From assembly GCA_030141605.1 (NCBI GenBank), contig JAQGDQ010000057.1, positions 310,001 through 374,000 of the forward strand: a stretch of 64,000 nt of DNA. Reading direction: 5' to 3'. Position numbers and translations under genes: made by a program. Source of the stretch: Tubiluchus corallicola. Taxonomy: Eukaryota; Animalia; Priapulida. Below the pieces are notes generated by a model, which did not search any database, was not told the DNA's origin, and saw only the letters and a list, made by a program, of their open reading frames with translations. Positions 57,801 through 64,000 of this stretch are shown piece by piece (the first letter of the stretch is position 1; every line of letters begins with the position of its first letter).

Positions 57801-60800
57801 AAGGTCGTTTCACTAGATCATTAAAATCACTTAACACAGAAAGAACTGAATTGAATTTTATATTTGTACTTTTAACAAAGTAACAATGAACAAATAAATA
57901 GTAAAAAGTTAGAAGTGCTGGAACAACCAGCGTTAACAGCATTAAAAAATCCTATGCACAAAGCCATTATTACTTTTAACTTTACGACAGCGATTTATGG
58001 AGCCCCAGAGGTTAGTACATCTAAAACTTTGTAAAAGTAGGACCAATAAGCATCAAAACACACTTGGGTAAGAATTTATAAATCAACAATACAAAGAAAC
58101 CATATCAATTGTTAGTGACTATTGTAAAACAAATGTTTACAAATTGTACGTACATTGGAATTCGGGGGACCAATACGAAAAGAATCCTCTAAACTAGCGA
58201 AAATTTTTGAGCTGATTACTGAAATTTGAAGGAAGCTAAAGAGGGAGCCATGACAACAGGAGAAGGAGAAGAATTCCGGAGCGATATAGTTCTAGCAAAG
58301 AAAGAGTGATGCCCCCTTACAGTGGGCATCAAACTATCGTCTATTTCACGGTCAGCAGTAGCTAGTGGCCAAGAGGTGATACTTGTAAAACAGTTTAGAT
58401 CTAACTTTTTCAACTGAAGCCTTCCTTGAATCACATTTGAATTTCATTGTTTTTTAGATATGAAGTGAAGTGTCTCCACTAGCGCATTTGTTCTACAAAT
58501 TAGCAAAGCACTGCAGTAAACAAGTGTTCTCAAACCAAAAGTGTTCAATTCTTACAACTGAGCCAACGCTGTGAAGAACGGTATCCACCCATTTTGCCAG
58601 TGGTACAGCTCGCCAGTGATATATTTTGCCAGTACACACTTTGCCAGTGGTACGTTTTGCAAGTAATTTTTCCTGCTATGTTATGAATTTCTAACAAAAT
58701 GTTTTAATTCGCTAGTGATACATTTCGCCAAAACACACTTCGCCATGATGCATTTCACCAATAAGATTTCTGCTATGTTATTACTTTTTAACAAAACGTT
58801 TCAGCTTGTCGCTGATTTGTTTCACCAGTAAAATTTCTGTGCTATTTACTAGGTCAGTCTCAGGGTCCATGTTATTTATAAATTTATAAAACGGGATTGT
58901 ATGACAGTTTTATGCATCTACACCTTTTTAGTTCAGAAGTTATCTGTATGCAATCATTGCTATGTCTTTGCTGTGAAATGAAAAGTTTAATAACTCTAAG
59001 CGTATACCTATCTAATGTCAATTATACAAAATTCCTCAAGAATGAAGACTAATAATTTATAACGTAAAATAAAATATAATTTTTTTATATTCATCCTAAA
59101 AATGGTTTAGAGTTTATTGCTTTATATCTCAAACTTTTGTCTATGTATACTCGTTGCGAATTGGGCTAAAGTGCACGCACATTAAAATGTAGTTTGTAGT
59201 TAGAGTAACTACCATGCTAACTTATTGGCGAGATTGCAGTTTTTTAAAAGCTATATGATAACAGTGAAGTATATAATTTAATTCACTAAAAGGATGCCGA
59301 GTACTGTCAATTTCCAACACGTTAAAATAATTGTTGAGAATTGGCAAATACAGGAAATCATTCTCGTATATTTGATTTTTCATTTCTACTCTTGAAATAG
59401 TTTACATAGACGCCTTTTTCGTTTGAAAGTCCATTTAGTGTTGGTGGCGTTTCAAATATTTCCGAAGCTCCTGAAATTTCAATTTTGTTGTTTCGATAAC
59501 ATTACTAAGAGCACGGTGTCAGAAATAAAGGTCTTAATTTGAATTTCAATTCCTATAGAAGGCAAGAACGTAAAATGATTAGACAGAATGTTTATTTTTG
59601 GTAAACATTGTTCGAAAGGAGCTTGAATTTTTTTCTGAGTTTGAAATGTGTATTGTATAAAATCTATATGATCACGTTGTACACCTGAGCAAAAGAAAGC
59701 AAAAACAAAAGATGAAAACATACGTATATTATTATGACAACATAATGATGTTTGCAATGAGCATTATGAATTTAAATTAATAACTACATAAGATTAACTT
59801 AGTATAATTAGTACAAGATTAACTTACGGGCTATAGACGCTTCAGTTTACATATTAGTAAATGAAAAGCAATAATGACCAATGCAAAACTAGAAAAACTC
59901 AACTTATATCGAATAAACGTTATCATAGTTAAAAATAAACATCATGTCTATTTGTAATTATCTTAGAGATTATCAGCAACAAGGAACTTTGGAGAAAACA
60001 CAGCGTAGGCTAAAGACACTATGGAAACTTACACAGCCTAGGGCCTAGACTAAAGACACTATGGAAACTTACACAGCCTAGGGCCTAGACTAAAGACACT
60101 ATGGAAACTTACACAGCCTAGGGCCTAGGCTAAAGACACTATGGAAACTTACACAGCCTAGGGCCTAGGCTAAAGACACTATGGAAACTTACACAGCCTA
60201 GGGCCTAGGCTAAAGACACTATGGAAACTTACACAGCCTAGGGCCTAGACTAAAGACAGAATGGTAACTCAAAACAAGTTGATTAAGCCAAAGTATAGGG
60301 AAATGAAGAACCTAAAGAATGAAAACCTATATGGCCAATTCAAGTACATGCCAGCGAAATGTAACACTGGTAATTGCTGCCTGCTCTCTACAACTACACC
60401 CAGGTCAGCAATCTATAGATAAAATACAAAATTTAATTCCTTTTTGCAACAGTTGATATTAAAACTCACTTCAGGTCCTGCTGGTCCTGGGACACCTTGA
60501 GGCCCGGGCAAACCATCCCGACCTCTGTCACCAGGCATTCCATCTCTGCCTGCTACTCCATCCCGTCCATCGCGTCCAGCTGGCCCTCGCAAACTGTTCA
60601 AGTTTACCGCGTCTATGAATTATAAAGATCTCATATCCTAAAACACGTAGCTACATACGTACATCAATAAATTATTGAACGGACAGTATCCATGCAGTCT
60701 TGAGTTGAAATAGGTGTTGTTACATTAAGTTATAGTAACTAAAGCTTTTATAAAACTTATATTTATGATGTTTCATTGAACTTTTAATAAAAAAATGAAT

Positions 60801-61734
60801 AATAAATAAAAAATAAAAAAATAATTAAAATAATAAAAATACATCTTGTATTAAGAGTTCATTTACCATCAGAAACGCATGGTGGGCTTGCAACGTTTTT
60901 TCTTGTTCAACTAAAGTTAAGCTAATTAATGTCACAAGTGTGCATTTGATTTTTTTAAAAAAAACTTTTAAGAACGCGTTCATTGAATTTGCTCCATACT
61001 TCATTACATTTCAAATCGCAATTTGACTTTGTAGTTTAGTGCAACAACGGCGATTTGTATACAAGTCTAGCATGGCCAGAGGGCTAGACAAACTACGCAA
61101 ATTGCACCAGATATGAAGATTCAATTTTTGTGCATGACAAGCCTCGGACAGACAACGAATGGCACTTTATCACACCACTACCTTGTCCAATAAAACTGTC
61201 CGTGCAGACAGTAAACAAAATTAAATGGTACACACCTTGTAAGCTTTCATGTGAAAGGCCGTCCTGCATGGCAGCGCGTTTCCCTCTTGTAAAGGAGTCG
61301 CTTTGTACATCATTAGATGCAGCTGATTCAATGTTCCGAGATACCAGCAGATGGCGTATGTTCTCCTATAAATGCATCATCAATACCCGGGTATAATAAT
61401 GTTATCATATAACCTTAATCATTTTTTGAGGGTTTTGTCTGTTTTTGCAAAAAAATTTATACCTTTTATTTCAGGAGAGTGAAAATATGCTGGGGCGGCG
61501 CCCGGGGCGGCATGACTACGAGTTACTCAATTTCTTTTAAAAATTTTGAGAGAAATACATGCACCAAGTAGAAAAACATTCTAACGACGCTTGGTATCTA
61601 CAGTTTCCAATCATACAGATAAGCTTCTCATTTTGATAAAATAAAACTAGTTAGAAATAAAGCCACCTACTTTGTTCTGTCGTATCATTTGCTCTGCGTG
61701 TTCGAGTCGTTTGTTTATCAAAGCTTGTTCCAAT
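54678..61734 (-). CDS. Short-chain collagen C4-like (spongin-related) protein: coiled coil, RGKR furin site, 20 Gly-X-Y triplets, Cys-rich C-terminal domain; 5'-incomplete
   Basis: [75 protein letters not shown] is the short-chain collagen C4 C-terminal domain; exons join in frame. Confidence 0.9.
55757..56076. repeat. 40-bp minisatellite x8 (gtcgctctttcaagctgtggttatagttgtaatgctttca)
   Basis: Directly visible. Confidence 0.97.
56226..56517 (-). CDS. Collagen C-terminal domain exon
   Basis: Within ORF 56114-56515; GT-AG. Confidence 0.92.
57034..57123 (-). CDS. Collagen exon ([23 protein letters not shown])
   Basis: Translated by hand; start motif of the C4 domain. Confidence 0.9.
57257..57355. 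repeat. (GAGT)n/(AAGT)n tetranucleotide repeat
   Basis: Directly visible. Confidence 0.9.
57445..57592 (-). CDS. Collagen exon ([19 protein letters not shown]...)
   Basis: Gly-X-Y repeats; ttaag / gtaagt. Confidence 0.88.
58216..58440 (-). mobile_element. LINE 3'-end fragment
   Basis: [27 protein letters not shown] resembles the SFFPRTxxxWNxLP..V..A.SL..FK terminus of LINE ORF2. Confidence 0.65.
60010..60258. repeat. 40-bp minisatellite x6.2 (ctaaagacactatggaaacttacacagcctagggcctaga/g)
   Basis: Directly visible. Confidence 0.97.
60470..60612 (-). CDS. Collagen exon (GPAGRDGRD...GPE)
   Basis: Gly-X-Y repeats; catag / gtgagt. Confidence 0.9.
61236..61365 (-). CDS. Collagen exon with RGKR furin site
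   Basis: tatag / gtgtgt; G+AC joins the next exon in frame. Confidence 0.75.
61671..61734 (-). CDS. Collagen exon ([21 protein letters not shown], coiled coil)
   Basis: Strong polypyrimidine acceptor, gtaggt donor, phase fits. Confidence 0.7.
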
Positions 61735-61835
61735 CTAAAAGAAAGATAATGAGAAGAAAGCCAGTAGTATCGACAACTGTGAAGCCCAGCGTTCAAATCC
61801 GAAAGTTTAGGTTTTATGTCAAATTCGGATGCTCA

Positions 61836-61872
61836 CTACTACTATTACTATTATTATTATTATTATTATTAT

Positions 61873-61948
<76 letters not shown>

Positions 61949-61967
61949 TGTTGTTGTTGTTGTTGTT

Positions 61968-61998
<31 letters not shown>

Positions 61999-62027
61999 CA
62001 GCAGCAGCAGCAGCAGTACTTGTCGTT

Positions 62028-62064
<37 letters not shown>
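61836..62064. repeat. Compound trinucleotide microsatellite (TAT/TAG/TTG/CAG/TCG)
   Basis: Directly visible. Confidence 0.97.
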
Positions 62065-62065
<1 letters not shown>

Positions 62066-62081
62066 TGTTATTATTTCATAC

Positions 62082-62172
62082 GTTGTGAGCATTGCTACAG
62101 TAAATTGATTAAAATAAGAGTGAGCTCTCCTCAGATTTGTCATTTTTAACATGAATAAAACGTCGAATGCCT
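62082..62172 (-). CDS. Possible further upstream collagen exon (AFDVLFMLKMTNLRRAHSYFNQFTVAMLT)
   Basis: tatag / gtatga; the phase fits the next exon, but there is no motif support. Confidence 0.4.
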
Positions 62173-62499
62173 CTATAGTCTCAAAACACATTAGTTATTA
62201 CAAGAAGAGCTTGCCCTGTGGGCCTCATCACGTAAAAATTGCAGATAAAGTGCTAAAATAGTTTGTACCAGTGTGCAAGTAAATATCAAAAGCAAAACAG
62301 TAGCTAAACTTCACTGATATAAAATAAGTTAGATTAAAAGGGTAAAAGCAACTGCATAGAGAGAAAAATCCAGAAGACCAGTAGATTTGTGGTCCTTAAG
62401 CAAACCATATAATTCACTCCAAACCTGAATGACTTGGAGCTACATTGTTAGCAGGAACCAGGCGCCCAGTACTTTCTCAAAATTTTTTATTCGAACTCC

Positions 62500-64000
62500 T
62501 ACGCCTATAATTTGAGAATGAATATAAATGGAGACATTGTCTATAATGTGTGTCTGCTACAGGTCCCCATCACAAGACGCCCATGGTGAAGATCCATTCA
62601 TTGTCCATTTTGAACATTCTTATAACAACCTACTGAACTCACATCTTAAATACCCCTATTGCATAGTAATTGTCGGTGACTTTAACGCGAAATGTAAGGC
62701 GTGGGATCCTGAAGAAAGCAGTGAGGGTTCAATAGGCCGAAAATTACATAAACTTTGTAACTCAAAACCTGTTATTTCAAATAATTAGTGATCATACTCG
62801 TGTGGGGGGAACAAACAAGTCTTTGCTTGACGTAATAACAACAGACTCACCTGGCCTTTTTAATGACACTGGAATACTTTCCCAAATATTTAATTGTGTT
62901 TCAGTTTTCAGAAAACAAAGAAAATAAATTCAGTTTTTAGAGAACAACTTCCAGCATTCCACCCATTGTGCTTACAAAAGGAAGGTATATTATTTTGAAC
63001 GTGCTAATTGGACTGCTTTAAACAACTTAATATCAACGTTAGACTGGAATGAAGTAAATGCAGAGAAAAATGTCTATAGCATTTTTGAGCAATTAGTCAA
63101 TAAACTGATGAATATAATCGAAGCTTGTAAACCTAGTCAAATAGTTACAATCCGTGGTAAACCGTGAATGAAAAGTTTTGTAACAAAGTTAAGATGACAG
63201 GCTGCTAAAAGAAAAATTATGTGGATATCATAAATTGAAAAATACGCCCTTGTCACGCCAGACTTACACTAACGCTAGGAACAAATATAATAACTCGATA
63301 ACCAGCCCAAAAACAAGTTCAAAAACATGGTGGGCTATTACAACGCACTAATAATAATAGTTCTGATGCTATTCCTCTCTCTTAAAGACTGCTTTGATGG
63401 TTAATGACACTGTTTCCAAAAGTAACATGTTGAACATGTATTCCTCAAAACAATGCTATGTTGATGCTTATACTTCTCAGTTAAAGAATGAGTCGAAACT
63501 CAGTTATCTAGAGCCGAAAAAAACTTGGTAAATCTTTACTTAGCAAAGTTGAACACCAATAAGTCAGTTGGGCCTGTTGGCATTAGTAATGTCGAACTCA
63601 AATCTTGCGCGAACTCCCTAACGAAGCCATTAACAAGGTTATTTAACATTTCACTGCAATCAGGCCATTTTCCTATTCTGTGAAAAACTGCTAACATCTG
63701 TCCTGTGCATAAATCTGGGGACAGACAACTTGTTTCTAATTACAGGTATTGTTACTATCTTGTATCTCAAAAATATTATATCGGGTGGTATACAAACAAT
63801 TATACAAGTACCTAGTCATTGATAATGACTTTCTGACAAATCGTAACTGTGGTTTTAGGCTGGTGACAATACTACCAACCAACTAATTTCAATTGCGGAT
63901 AAGCTCTATGGAGAAGTAGATAATTGTGCTGTAATATACACAGTATCTTTAAACATAAGTAAGGCCTTTGATAAGGTTGGCATGCTGGGCTCCTATTCAG
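62500..64000 (+). mobile_element. Decayed CR1/L2-group LINE ORF2 (APE endonuclease plus RT), continuing past the window end
   Basis: CVCYRSPS, IVGDFNAK, SLLDVIIT, KSVGPVGISN, LFNISLQSGHFP, PVHKSGDRQLVSNYR and ISKAFDKV motifs, with stops and frameshifts. Confidence 0.9.

Overview
AT-rich, intron-containing invertebrate (metazoan) genomic DNA; no prokaryotic features. Hand-splicing (GT-AG sites, consistent phases) gives five protein genes: (1) the 3' four exons of a pentraxin with an unusual ~70-aa C-terminal extension (+, 3497-8749); (2) a complete 12-exon fatty acyl-CoA reductase (-, 24095-11167, 522 aa); (3) an intronless, probably membrane-tethered S1A serine protease with an elastase-like pocket (-, 29586-28432); (4) a 7-exon type II membrane coiled-coil/Gln-rich protein with GOLM1/GOLIM4-like architecture (+, 43921-51758, 452 aa); (5) a short-chain collagen C4-type gene with coiled coil and furin site, running off toward the window end (-, >=61734-54678). 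Introns and intergenic DNA hold many mobile-element relics: a Penelope-like element with inverted terminal repeats, a second inverted-repeat pair (four hammerhead-ribozyme-like cores in total), an Academ-like transposon with a 3-bp TSD, a solo LTR with a 5-bp TSD, a candidate 5S-derived SINE, LINE fragments, MITEs, minisatellites and compound microsatellites. Most long ORFs in the supplied track are microsatellite artefacts. All family assignments are from motif recognition by eye, without database searches.
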